A DNA stretch of 51,180 nucleotides, filler included, from Basidioascus undulatus (lineage: Eukaryota): assembly GCA_000826855.1 (NCBI GenBank). It is 3 parts of 3 records of this genome, joined end to end, with 100 filler letters (N's around TTAATTAATTAA, not from the genome) between each part and the next. Parts side by side here need not be neighbours in the genome. Positions count along the whole stretch, not along the records: positions 1 to 17,005 come from JTLS01000553.1; 2 more parts are not named here. One strand, given 5' to 3'. Below, one piece after another: positions 1-10,909 of this stretch. A model generated the notes under the pieces. The model saw only the letters and a list, made by a program, of their open reading frames with translations, ran no database searches and was not told the DNA's origin. Numbering within the stretch: the stretch's first letter is position 1; each line of letters begins with the position of its first letter. Both the position numbers and the translations under genes were made by a program.

Positions 1-84
1 CGCCGTCACCCTTCCCGTCCCCTTCGCTCTTTCCATTTCTTCCGTTCCTCTCCTGATCGAACTGACAAACAATCCCAACCGCAG

Positions 85-270
85 CTCGACCGCCTCGCGA
101 CTCTCCGCAAGAAGGCGCGTCTCGAGTACGGTGCTGCCGGGGGCGTCGAGGCGCGCGTGCGCGAGGCGCTGCGCGAGCTTCGCGACGCCGAGGGCGAGAT
201 GCGCGCGGCGCGCGAGCGGAGGGAGGTATGGGAGGCGCAGCTGGCAGGCTTGGAGGGGGAGGGGGTTTGA
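85..270 (+). CDS. Terminal exon of an unidentified coiled-coil-like protein (5' part off-contig)
   Basis: Branch site CTGAC (62-66) and CAG acceptor (82-84), then the GC3-rich frame LDRLATLRKKARLEYGAAGGVEARVREALRELRDAEGEMRAARERREVWEAQLAGLEGEGV ending TGA at 268-270. Confidence 0.55.
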   Translation, partial: LDRLATLRKKARLEYGAAGGVEARVREALRELRDAEGEMRAARERREVWEAQLAGLEGEGV

Positions 271-551
271 TGCTGAGGTTTGGTGGGCGTGCGGACGAGT
301 GGAGGAGGGTAGGAGCGTGGGAGAGTCGAAGGGCGAATGTGTAATGTGTAATGTAGGAAGATCAGAGTCCAATGAGAGTACCGATGAAGCACCTGACACG
401 CCTGGGGTGTGTGGGGGTTGACAGACTTGGCGAGAACAAGACAGGTGGGCAGGAAAAAGGTAGATCTGGGAGAAAAGAACAAGCAGGTTAGGCAGGGCGA
501 ACAGTCATTTATTTAGACAACAAGACAAGGCAGGATGCAAAAGCATAAGAA

Positions 552-624
552 AGCCCCACGCGGGGGTCGAACCCGCAGCCTTGAGATTAAGAGTCTCACG
601 CTCTACCGATTGAGCTAGCGAGGC
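552..624 (-). tRNA. tRNA-Lys, anticodon CTT, intronless
   Basis: Reverse complement GCCTCGCTAGCTCAATCGGTAGAGCGTGAGACTCTTAATCTCAAGGCTGCGGGTTCGACCCCCGCGTGGGGCT is 73 nt. Acceptor stem GCCTCGC/GTGGGGC, A-box TAGCTCAATCGG, anticodon arm TGAGA-CTCTTAA-TCTCA, T-loop GGTTCGACCC. Confidence 0.97.
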
Positions 625-2874
625 TTGGAAAGTTTTTCAGTTGAAACATACAAATTTCAGCACCCCAAAGCTACCGGTCTTCCAGCTTTCTTGCTCTTCA
701 CAGGGTAACAATCAACTGTATTCAGAGCATCTGGTTGACCCGGAAGCATAACAAGCACTCTCAAAGCTCTTCCAACGTGAATCGACCTGCCTTCATCCAT
801 ACCACCAAGCGACAGCGTCAACCTCGCTTAGCTATGCTTAGCTATTGATGGAAAGCAGGTGCATGTAGTTATTCACCTTGACCATATTATATGACAATGC
901 CTGAGAAGACTAACGAACACAAGGGCCTACATCACGCTGCACTTGCTCTGGGAATGTGTGGCCGGAGGCTGACCGGGCCTTGAATGAATCCTGAAGAGGA
1001 GGGTTGTACTGAATTTATCGCTTCTTGCGCAGGATATATATCAAGTTTTATAATTGCATGAAATTTTATTCGGAACGGGGAGGGTAAAAGAGGGGTTCAA
1101 GCAGGTCAGACAGAATGTCAGTTCAAGATGATACGGTTTGTTCTCTTGCAGTCGACAGAAACTTGATTCAAAGGCCTGATGATTTCATTCACAAAGCGGA
1201 CTCTGAAGCAACCAAAAGAGTGAACATTATTCTTTCACTTTGAGCATTGAGGCAAGACCGGACATTTCACATCGCGCTGCCGCGGTAAGGGCGACCGTGC
1301 GCAGGAGACCTTCCAGCATTCTGACCGGCAGCAGTACTGGCAGTACTGGCACTTGGACAGCTGCTTTAAGCCGAGAGCATCCCGATGGGTTGAATAATTT
1401 GGCTTTGGCAGTCTGGGCTCAGGTGCATTTATTCAGAGACTCTGCATGAGGCGAAGCGGAGAAGCTCTCAAGAGGCGAGCGACGCAGTGCCCCTTCAGTC
1501 GAGCCCGCCCTCTGGCTTCATTGATTTCCGTTCGGAATTTTCAGCCCAGTCAGCCGCAGAAGAATCTGGCCAAAGCATCGATGCGAACCTGTTCAAGTAG
1601 CGCTTCACGCATGGTTCCCAAGTCAACCTCCATCAGCGACGCCGCTTCGTCTCGACCAGGTCCGTTCGCCTCTTTTGGGAAAGCTGTTCGAGCTTCCGAG
1701 CTGAAAAAAGTTCAAACGGTATCAAAGTGCCTAAAAACCTAAGGGACATACTCATCGATCAGGCCCATTCGTATTTCCACTGTCTTGCAGCTAGCTTGCA
1801 GTCAATTGGACATGCAGAGCAGAACATCGGCTGCCTTACGCGTCCTTCCCTGGCTGCCCAACGTTGAATTTCATAGCAGCAATATCTACTCAGCCTTCCA
1901 CAAGGCACATTCATAGAGCAACCGGGATCGCGCACTCACCTATCTCTGCACCCTGAACTCGATCAGCAGCAGGTAGAGACCCATCCCGGCGAACATTTGT
2001 ATCCCTGGAACTGGCACAAGCTGGAGGCTGTATTACCTGAAAATGGGCAGGGACATTTCGTGTGGTAGCTATTTCTGCAGTAAATACGAAAATCGTCACC
2101 CGAAGGGCGTTCAAATCGTGACCAGACTCATGTGGATTATCCACCTTGAGGTCGACGCTGACGCTGATCCTGCAATTTATAGCCCCCCTGCATCCTTCTA
2201 AAGAAACAAGGGAGTACCGAAGCTTGACCCTGATCTTTAAAAGGGACTGCGCCAGCCATGAAAACACGTCGCTCTCATCTTACCCATACCTCCCACTCTT
2301 CACGATCACCTTCCAGCTCAATGCTCATTATATCCAAGTACTTGTTCGAGGTAAACCAACCATGCAGCTGCGCCCAGCACAGGGAAGCACGAATACCCGT
2401 CCCCACACACGTTATCTTGAAAACTTTCAAGGGGCATTGCTGAGCTTCTTGGCCTGTTACAACTGGCTCAAGTCTATCACAAAAATTGTATTGATCTTCT
2501 TTGTTTTTTGCTCACACATGCATCGGCGGCCATCACCCCGGAGCGTCTGGGACCCTCAAGGGCAGCAGGGGCTGCGGGCTGCACTGCGCTGCACTGCTAA
2601 GTCTTCCTCGCTAGTTCATGTTACATACGTATCTCTAAACGGAACCCTGAGTGGGTAGAATAGCCAACCTGCCCATTGGGCGATGTCTATAGCACTGGAG
2701 TTCCAGGCTGTCAACCCACACTGCCCGCCCTAACAGCCTGCATTGACTCTCTTCCGCAGCACCTATTCGTTTCGTTAAACATTACTACTGTACTGAACCA
2801 TTACAACCAAACATTATTATCCGCAGTCTCGCACAGTCACCTACCAAAGCTGAAAGGTCACGTGGCTGCCGCCC

Positions 2875-2885
2875 ACGCGTCGCGT
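2875..2885. promoter_or_regulatory. Possible MCB-like cell-cycle element (ACGCGT followed by CGCGT) upstream of the E2-C gene
   Basis: ACGCGTCGCGT about 115 nt before the ATG at 2999. The motif is short and the DNA GC-rich, so a chance match is plausible. Confidence 0.2.
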
Positions 2886-2998
2886 TTTGCTTTCCCCTCC
2901 CTGCTCGCGTGGCCCCTCATCTTCCATCTCTTCCTTCCTACCTTTTCCCTCTCCCCCACCCTCTTACTACACCGCACCTCATCTCCCCATAAACAAGG

Positions 2999-3853
2999 AT
3001 GATCTCCTCCCAGAACCCGGCCACTACTGCGTCTTCCAAGGGCGCGCCCGCCGCGGGCGGCGCGGACGGCGGGGCGAGCGTGACGAAGCGGTGCGTTTTG
3101 CTGAGGAGGAGTCGGGATGGAAGGGGAGGTGGAAGAGGTGTGGTTGCTGATAAGAGTAGGAGGATAGGTTGACGAGCGAGTTGATGGGGCTTATGGTGCG
3201 TCTTCTTTCCCTCTGCTCTCCTCTGCGGATCCGTGTAGGTATCCTTGGCTGACCGAGAGGAGGTGGGTAGATGTCGAGTACCCCTGGCGGTGAGTCTTCC
3301 TCCACACCACCGGTGCTGAATGCGCAGGAATGAGGCTGAGCTGTGTTGGTGGGACCAGTATCTGCCTTCCCCAAATCCGACTCGAACCTCTTCGTCTGGG
3401 CCGCAACGATCACTGTCCGTCCCTCCGCCTCCCTCCGCCTCCTCCCCTCCCCCCTTCCCCTAACGCCTCGTCTCCTTCCCAACAGGGCGCAGAAGGCACC
3501 GTCCGTCTCCTCCCCCTCTCCTCCGTCCCCCTCCATCTCCCTCCACTCTCTCCTCCGTCCTTTCCGACAGCCAGCTGACAAGGATCTGGCCCGCAGCCTT
3601 ACGCCTCCCTCACCTACCGCCTGACCCTGACCTTCCCGTCCAACTACCCGTTCGCGCCCCCGGCGGTGCGCTTCGACGCCGACTCGCCGTGCTTCCATCC
3701 GAACGTGGCGCTGGATGGGAGCATCTGTTTGGATATCTTGCGTGCGTTCTGCCCCTTTCTCCTTTCCCTTCCTCTTCCCTTTCCTCTGTCGTCCCCGCTG
3801 GGATCGTTCGGGAGCTGATGCCAAAGGAGCGCGCGTCGGCTTCAGAGGACAAG
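2999..3853 (+). CDS. UBC11: Ubiquitin-conjugating enzyme E2-C (UbcH10/Ubc11 type); 3' end missing in this contig
   Basis: Exons 2999-3090, 3168-3195, 3271-3289, 3359-3414, 3486-3500, 3597-3741 and 3846-3853 splice to ...[70 protein letters not shown]...[20 protein letters not shown]. This has the HPN motif, the catalytic Cys and the E2-C-type KRL..ELM.LM...G.SAFP segment. No downstream WS... exon found. Confidence 0.88.
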
Positions 3854-3969
3854 GTTCGTGTGTAGAAGAAGAAGTTGGGGGAGAGCAGGACGAGGCTGAG
3901 GAAAGGGGGAATGGGGAGGGACGGGGAGGTATGAGGAGGTAGGGAGGATGGGAAGGGGGAGACGAACAC

Positions 3970-4326
3970 TTGAGTTTTTTGCGTAGGGCGCGGGAGGCTT
4001 CGTACGGTCTGTAATGAACGTTTCATGAGAAGAACGTGAAATCTGGGATGGAACATAGCGCACGTACCCCGCGTCGCCCATCCACCCAATGCTCTGCACG
4101 AGCTCGAATAGCCTGGCGACGCGTCGCACATCAGTCGCGGAGCCGATAAGGATTCCGGGAAGGGAGGAAAAGGGGATAAAGGAGGCGGGGAAACGCACCC
4201 GTCAGAGGTGTTCTCGGGGTACTTTTCGGCAGTGAAGATCTCGATGAGGTCCGTCACGGACGAGTGCGGCTTCTTCTCGTCCAGCACAGCGGACTTGAGC
4301 GCGGCTAGCGTGCCGCCGGATACCAT
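3970..4326 (-). CDS. Lsb5-like VHS-domain endocytic adaptor; only the first three exons present
   Basis: Spliced MVSGGTLAALKSAVLDEKKPHSSVTDLIEIFTAEKYPENTSDG/LFELVQSIGWMGDAG/PYEASRALRKKLK resembles the fungal Lsb5 N-terminus (KKP.S.VT..I...T...Y....GP.EA.RA.RKKLK). It breaks off at the GT donor at 3969. Confidence 0.7.
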
Positions 4327-4772
4327 CGCGGGGGGAGTGAGCTGGGGGCAGAGAGGGAGGTACGGGGTGGGAAGGAGAATATAATGGGATTCAAGAAGAC
4401 CGTCAAGATGGGAGGATAAGTGGAGGCAGGTAGGAGGAGATGGAGCGACGCGGGCAGTCGCGCTGCGTGGGCGGCATGACGCTGGGGTTCCCACGCGTTA
4501 CTAGGGTGCTAAATGCTTTTATACAAACAATTTACTAGGCTGATACGCCGGCTCAGACAGCACCCACCGCCGCACCCGCCGCACCCGCCGCAGCCAGCTC
4601 TGGGCTCGCACCGCGTCTCGCCGTCGACTCGAACGACCATCTCGTTGCATTCCACCTCGCTCCCTACACACACACACTTCCCCATTCCCGTTCCCATTCA
4701 GACTCGCGCTGTTCCCCCCACTCTCCTTCTCATCCCACTCACCACCCGCGGTAGCCCGCCGCCGCGCCCGCA

Positions 4773-6192
4773 ATGTGCGCCTTCGCCACGATAGCGAGCT
4801 GGGAGTCGGGGGAGGAAATGCTGATATCGTGCGGGTGGGGGACAGGTCCCGCTTCGGGCGCTCTGATTTCTACGACGACGACTATGGCGTGCACCAGCCC
4901 ACGCGGCCCGTAGACCGCGACAAGGCCGAGAGCGAGCTCACGCTCAACATCAAGAAGGCTACCAACCCCGATGAGACGGCGCCGAAGCAGAAGCATGTTC
5001 GGAGTGGGTACCCGTTCCCCCTCCCTATCCCTCTATCCTTGTTCCTCTTGCGAGTAGGAAAGGGAGATAGCTGACGGAGTGGGGGATGGAAGAATGCATC
5101 GTCTACACATGGGACTACCACACCTCGCAGTCCATCTGGTCCGGCCTCCGCGTCCAGCCCATCCTCGCAGACGAGGTTCAGACGTACAAGGCCCTCATCG
5201 TCGTGCACAAGATCGTGCAGGAGGGGCATCCGATCGTGTGTCGCCCGATCTCCTTCCCTGTCATCCCACTGCCCCCTCCTGCCTTCCCAATCGTCTCCCT
5301 CTCGTCGCCTTCATCTGTTCCTTGCTTTCCCTCCCGGTTCTTACGCGTGGTGAACCTTCAGACCCTCCGCGAAGCCCAAGCCCACACCGGGTGGCTCGAA
5401 ACGTGCGCGCGCACTTTGGGTGACATGGGTCGAGGTCTGTCCCTCCCTCCCCACCTTCTCCTCCCCACCACTCTCCTCCTCTCTCGCTCCCTCCCTCCTG
5501 TTCTTCCTCTGTAGACGCCCGCTGATTCGTGGTAGCGCAACTCCGAACAGGCTACACGCCCCTCATCCAGGCCTACGTCGCGTTCATTCTCGCCAAGCTG
5601 CGCTTTCACAAGTACCACCCCGAGTTCAACGGCCTGTTCGAGTACGAGGAGTACGTCACGCTCAAGGGGATCGATGATCCGAATGAGGGGTGCGTGTTCC
5701 TCCCTGCTCTCTCCCCACCCTACGTCTCCTCTCCCCGTGGTGGCTGATGATGAGGGAGGTTGCAGGTATGAGACGATCTCGGACCTCATGAACCTGCAAG
5801 ACCAGATTGAGTCGTTCCAGAAGCTCGTGTTCGCCCACTTCCGCGGCTCGACCAACAACGAGTGTCGCATCTCGTCCCTCGTCCCCTTCGTCAAGGAGAG
5901 CTACGGCATCTACCGCTTCATCACGAGCATGCTCCGCGCTATGCACCGCCGTGCGTCCTCTCCTCCCTCCCCCTTCCCTCCCTCCTTCCCCTCTCCTTCC
6001 TTTTGTCCCTTTCCCCGGTACACAAGGTGGGCTAATGAGCATGAGGCGGAGCCAGGCGTCGACAACATCGAGATCCTCCAGCCCCTCGTGGAGCGCTACA
6101 ATGGCCAGCATCACCAGCTCCGCAAGTTCTACTACGAGTGCTCGAACTTGCGCTACCTCACGGGGCTCATCAGTGTTCCGAAGCTCGGCCAA
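4773..6192 (+). CDS. SLA2: Sla2/End4 (HIP1R family), ANTH domain only; coiled-coil and I/LWEQ parts absent from the contig
   Basis: Spliced DRDKAESELTLNIKKATNPDETAPKQKHVR.CIVYTWDYHTSQSIW...GYTPLIQAYVAFILAKLRFHKYHPEFNGLFEYEEYVTLKGIDDPNEGYETISDLM...NECRISSLVPFVKESYGIYRFITSMLRAM...FYYECSNLRYLTGLISVPKLGQ is the characteristic Sla2 ANTH sequence. Confidence 0.93.
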
Positions 6193-6354
6193 GTGCGCCC
6201 TTTCCATCTCCCTCCTCTTCTCCCCCCCCCTCACCCCTTCCCCCTCCTCTTCTTCTTCCTTTACCCCTTCCTCTTTTCTTCTTCTCCTTTTCCATGCTTT
6301 CTCAATTTCGCCGAGAATGAAGGCTGAACGCTGATGGGGATGCGCACGGGACAG

Positions 6355-6530
6355 CATGGACTTACGTCGTCTTCGCGCGCCTCCTGCCCCCGCGGGCACT
6401 CGACGCTCTCCTCTCACTGCGGGACAGGCTCCTCGCGCGCCGCGCCGCGCGCAAACCGCGTCGCGCTGAGAGCGAGAGACTGGGGCAGGGGGAGATTGGG
6501 TGGGTGGATGTGGGAAGGGAGGAGGCGTGA
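6355..6530 (+). CDS. Terminal exon of a different gene (weak resemblance to the C-terminus of fungal DUF1776/SDR-like proteins)
   Basis: After the CAG acceptor (6352-6354) the GC3-rich frame reads WTYVVFARLLPPRALDALLSLRDRLLARRAARKPRRAESERLGQGEIGWVDVGREEA*. It is out of phase with the Sla2 donor and unrelated to Sla2. Confidence 0.4.
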
Positions 6531-6977
6531 GGCAGAACGGATGTGGGTAAGGTAGGGTTCGCATGGCAAAGTAGTGGAAAGATGTATGTGTACCCTCTCG
6601 ACGCCCCCCGGGTTTCTTTGTCGTTTGCTTCGCGTGTTGTACATACAGACAGACTTTGCACTGCTGAGTTGAGCGAAAGTGCTTGGTCAAGGGATGAGGT
6701 ATGTTCTTCCTGTCGTGGTTGTGCAGAACTGGGTGAAGAGGGACCTGCTCGACTACGTGCCAATGAGCCTTGAGGCACGTGCGGTGGCTTCCAGATCAAC
6801 AATGAGAGGCAGACGACAGCTAAGTCGCACCTGGACGAGACTCGCGGTCTTGTAAAAAAGGTTCCGGCGCATGGCTGATGCTCTTTCAGCGACATTGGCA
6901 GTACGGAGATGTACCCGCGTACGTATAAGTACGCATTGCTCTTAACAGTTAACATCCCCGCTAAACGCTAATTGGCG

Positions 6978-7145
6978 TCAGCTTCAGCATCTGTTGGCAT
7001 TTTTATTACGTTAACTTCATCATCTGTATTACATGAGCTTCAGACAACTGTAATACATCAGCTTCAGCAGCATCTCTATTGCATTAGCTTAGGGCATCTA
7101 TGTCACATCGTTTCAGCATCTGCATGAGCTCAGCAATGTGTGTCA
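6978..7145. repeat. Degenerate ~23-bp tandem repeat, about 7 copies
   Basis: Units TCAGCTTCAGCATCTGTTGGCA, TTAACTTCATCATCTGTATTACA, TGAGCTTCAGACAACTGTAATACA, TCAGCTTCAGCAGCATCTCTATTGCA, TTAGCTTAGGGCATCTATGTCACA, TCGTTTCAGCATCTGCA, TGAGCTCAGCAATG. Confidence 0.7.
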
Positions 7146-7313
7146 GCGTGCTTGCTATGGTGTGTCGTCAGTTACGTTTGTTGGTAGTGTGTCCGCTGCC
7201 CTTCGCCTCACGGTCCGCTCCAGGCTATAAAGTGCTCTGAAGCGTCCTCATCATCTTTCCATCGTAGCACCGCACTCTTGACACGCCCTCGTCATACATT
7301 CTGAGTTCTCATC

Positions 7314-8959
7314 ATGTCCAGCAACTCTACCAAGCCCAGTATGCGCTCTTCCTGTTGTCTCCTTGCTCGGATGCGCAGTTTTCACACCTCCGCACTCAGT
7401 CGTCGTCGTCGTCGGCGCTACCGGTTCCCAAGGTGGTTCGGTCGCCCGCTTCCTCCTCGCGGACCGGTCGTTCGCCGTCCGTGCCTGCACCCGCGACACC
7501 TCCAGCCCCAGCGCCAAAGGCATGTGTTCTCGCGCAGGACCTAACCCCTGCAACGTCCCCCTTCTCTGTGACGCTGACGTTTGGCCCGCACTCAGCCCTC
7601 GCCGACAAGGGCGCCCAGCTCGTCCCCTTTGACTGGTATAACACGTCCTTGATCCAGTCGGCGTTCGAGGGCGCGTACGGCGTGTTTGCCGTGACCGACT
7701 TTTGGAGGGTCGGGTTCGACAAGGAGATCGGTAGGCCCTTGTCTTTCTGCCCCTCTTGCGATCCTACGTTCCAACACGCTCACGGCTTTCCCACGTCCCT
7801 TCAGAGCACGGCAAGGCGATGGCCGACATTGCCAAAGCCGCAGGGATCAAGCACTTCATCTGGTCGTCCGTCGAATTCATTCCTTTTCCTTCTCGCGACT
7901 CTTCTCGCCCAGCGCGACTGAAGGGTTCCCCACAGCACTCTCGATCATTCGAGCGTCCCACACTTCGAGTCGAAAGCCCGCGTTGACGATTACCTTAAGT
8001 CAACGGGACTCCCGCACACGTCCATCTATACCAGTGCCTTTGTTGAGAACTTTTTGACACTCATGGTACGCGTTTGGTCTCCCTCCTATTCCATAAGTGC
8101 GGTCAACGACCCTCCGGAGCTGAGTGTTCGAGCCGAAATTTACAGGCCCTGAAGAAGGAGTCTGACGGGACTTACATCGTCGACGTCCTTGCCCCGACCG
8201 ATGCCCCTGGTCTGTGGATGACGGTTGAGGATCTTGGCGGCTGGGTCCGTTACCTTCCGTCATCGACGCTTCACTTTGTCCGACAGCTGGAACTCAATAG
8301 TCCACCTATATTTCTCCAGGTCCTCCCTGCCCTGAAAGACCCGCAGACCTGGATCGGTACGCAACTGTTCTCCTTTCGCGCCCTCTTCCCCCTCTTCTTC
8401 TCACTGCTCACCCCGACCTGCCTCCTCTACCATCAGGCAAGGACATGAAGGTCGTCGGCGATTACATCTCGGCCCGACAGATTGCGCAGAAGATGTCCGA
8501 AGTCAGCGGAAAGACAGTTAAGCCTGTCGAGCGGAGCAAGGACGAGTTTTACGCTCTCGAGGGCAAGCTTGGGTAAGCACTGTCAGCTCCGTTCCGTTTT
8601 GTCTCGCTGCCCCCCGGCCGGCTGAACGGTGGTCGGGAGAAATTCCTCAGCGGTATGGGTGACGAGATGTGGCGCAAGTACGTTCAGGCTCTTGTATACC
8701 CCCACCTACTGAGACCTTCTCTGCTTACGGCGAACCCCCTTCTCCTTTTCACGCCCACAGCTTCGAGTACTTGACCGGTCCGTTCTGCGTTCTTCTTTCA
8801 TCCCCTCTGACTGCTCTTGCTTAATCGGCCATTCCTTCCTTTGTGGCAGCGCACGACGCTCGCAAACTCCGCGACCTTGACCTTAGCTACCGGCTCTACC
8901 CTGGCACGCAAGACGTCAAGACGTGGACGAAGGCCCATGTCGACGCTCTCTTCAAGTGA
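7314..8959 (+). CDS. NmrA/HSCARG-like NAD(P)-binding protein (multi-exon)
   Basis: MSSNSTKP/VVVVGATGSQGGSVARFLL...VRACTRDTSSPSAK...AFEGAYGVFAVTDFW...HGKAMADIAKAAGIKHFIWSS...VPHFESKARVDDYLK...AHVDALFK*. TATAAA at 7227-7232. Confidence 0.9.
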
Positions 8960-9254
8960 CGCGTCCGGCTTGCTCTATTTCTCGTGTTCTTTGGCCTCTT
9001 TGCTCTGTGCACCGAGTCCTCCGTTCGTGTCTTGTTTTAGGTGGGAGCCAGCCGAAGCAGCAATACAGCCAGATGAGACCTTCTTGAATCCGTCTGTCGC
9101 TCTGTGGCTTTGGCCAAGTTGGTCATTGGCAAAATACAGCGGCTCCCAGTTCAATTGCGCTCAATGATGTGAGATTTTCGCCTAATGGCTCTCACGCGTA
9201 TCCAACATCACTACTGCTCGTATAAAGAGGTACTTGCAGCACATATCTGGCCAG

Positions 9255-9890
9255 ACGCATCCGGGCGGCAGTTTCTGCAGTCCGCGAGCGACAAGCAACG
9301 TTCTACCTTACACTGCACCCAAGGACGCGCAGGGCGCAATCTCGTACCGCACAGAGCAACTCGCCTACTGGGTACGTCTTTGCGTATCCCGTCCTATGCG
9401 TCCTCGTACTGAAAATCTGACTCATCTGCCGAACAGACCCCGGCGTTGGCGTATGTTGGGCGCTCTCACCTCGTCCGCCGAGCTCCTGCGCAACGATTTC
9501 AGCCAGATCTCGGTCTACCGTTCTAAGCTGCGGCTCTCCTCCGGGCTATGGGGACACATTTTGAACGCCGGCTGCTGGCAATACCACAGGGCCTGGTCAA
9601 CGGGCAACGGATAGGTCACGCTCGGCGCGCTCCGCGTGCTAGCGAGCATCCGGTACAGCGCGGTGCAAGGCTTGGACAGCGAGCAGGGGAAGCTCATCGC
9701 GTTCGTCAAGGAGATGCTGGCGCAGGCCTTCCAGGCTCAGGTACGGGCAGTTTCAGTCTCACCTTAGGCTCCACGAAATTGCTGTGCTCGCCGCGCTGTC
9801 CGCACAACCCGACAGCGGCCTCATCCCGAACTACCTCGAAAATGCATCTTCCTTCCCCGAAGCTGTCGACACCGCAGCGTTGACTGCAGC
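9255..9890 (+). pseudogene. GH105/GH88-like six-hairpin glycosidase pseudogene (internal fragment)
   Basis: APKDAQGAISYRTEQLAYW...SGLWGHILNAGCW...WSTGNG*VTLGALRVLASI...SGLIPNYL...FPEAVDTAALTAA matches the fungal GAISHR/GLW.HI/WSTGNGW motifs. The conserved Trp is replaced by TAG (9612-9614), there are frameshifts near 9295 and 9450, and no N-terminus. Confidence 0.75.
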
Positions 9891-10909
9891 TGGCCGACCA
9901 AGCTCATTCGCTTTCACCGCGTCCGACGACCAGGCGGCGCCGATTTTCGGGGCACTACACCGTCTGATGACGACCGTGATTCTGATGTACGCCTCTATTT
10001 TTTGTGAAGCTCTCTAGTCCTGGTCGACCATGCCGTATTTGCAGTATCAACCCGGCACTCCGCCACGCAAAGTCAGGCGCACTTCCGGCACTGCTGCGAC
10101 ACGACAAGGCTCCTCTCGCTCAGCCGCCGAGGACGAGGCTACGTTGTCGGAATCAGCCGAGGCGGAGTCAGAGGATTATGATGTGATGCGTGCACGCAGC
10201 TGGCGGCATCCGCATTTCAACGGCTGATCGTACTGGGCAGGTGTTTGTGTAGCAACAGTCGAGAGCCGCCGGTCGTGCTCCTTCCTCATCCACATTCGTA
10301 CCTGTTGGTTGTTCTTCAGCGTCTATTACCTGCCAATATCGCCGAAAAAGAGACGAAGCACTCCCTCCAGCTACACCAGCTGCACCAGCTGCACTCGCAA
10401 CCGCGCCTGCGCCTCCGGCACCCCTGCGCCCGAGCACGCATGAGAGCGGACATAATGGAGGAACTGAGGACGCCGGGTTTGAAGCACGTGCAGCTGTCCA
10501 GCTTTCAGTCTGACTTGGAGGATCTGGAGAAATTGATCAGGGACGAGGCGGCGTAGGTGGATGGTTGACGTGTGTGTGTTGTGAGCGCGTTGAAGCATAC
10601 TTGTCTGCATTCATACTATTCTCCTCTGCGTTGCGGCCGACATAACTCCTTGGCATGACCGGAGGAGCCTCGGAAAGACCAACTTGTGTCAGCGCGTGTC
10701 TAGGTCAAAGAAGAATAGTTTCAGAGCGGCCTCTTCCACAGCAGCGCCATCACAGGATCTCTCTCTTCGCAAACGGCTCAAACACCTTGCGCGCTTGGTC
10801 TCTTCTCCCACTGTCTCTGCCGCGCTGCGCCGTCTAACCCCATCCCTCGCTTGACGAGATCACTGCCTCCCTTCCCAGACGAGCCTGTCCGGCGTCTTCT
10901 TGCACTCCC

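Noticed and set aside
1250..2480. Minus-strand coding-like debris with splice-like sites and a Cys-rich reading (KCQYCQYCCRSECWK) suggesting a MYND or CxC transposon domain
   Set aside because: The Cys pattern comes from a 9-nt duplication (GGCAGTACT twice), the ligand spacing does not fit, and no coherent gene could be built.
6414..6480. In-frame TGA in a minus-strand reading (EEPVPQ*EESVECP), or the TGA at 23078, as selenocysteine or readthrough
   Set aside because: The plus strand explains 6355-6530 better, and the PhyH-like TGA sits at a probable Trp position in a gene that also has frameshifts. No SECIS or tRNA-Sec evidence.
5662..6690. Long antisense ORFs in the track (342 aa here, also 3024-3824 and 15823-16572)
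   Set aside because: Shadow ORFs of GC-rich exons and purine/pyrimidine-rich introns belonging to genes on the opposite strand.
6978..7145. CRISPR array
   Set aside because: Units are adjacent and degenerate with no unique spacers, there are no cas genes, and the context is eukaryotic.
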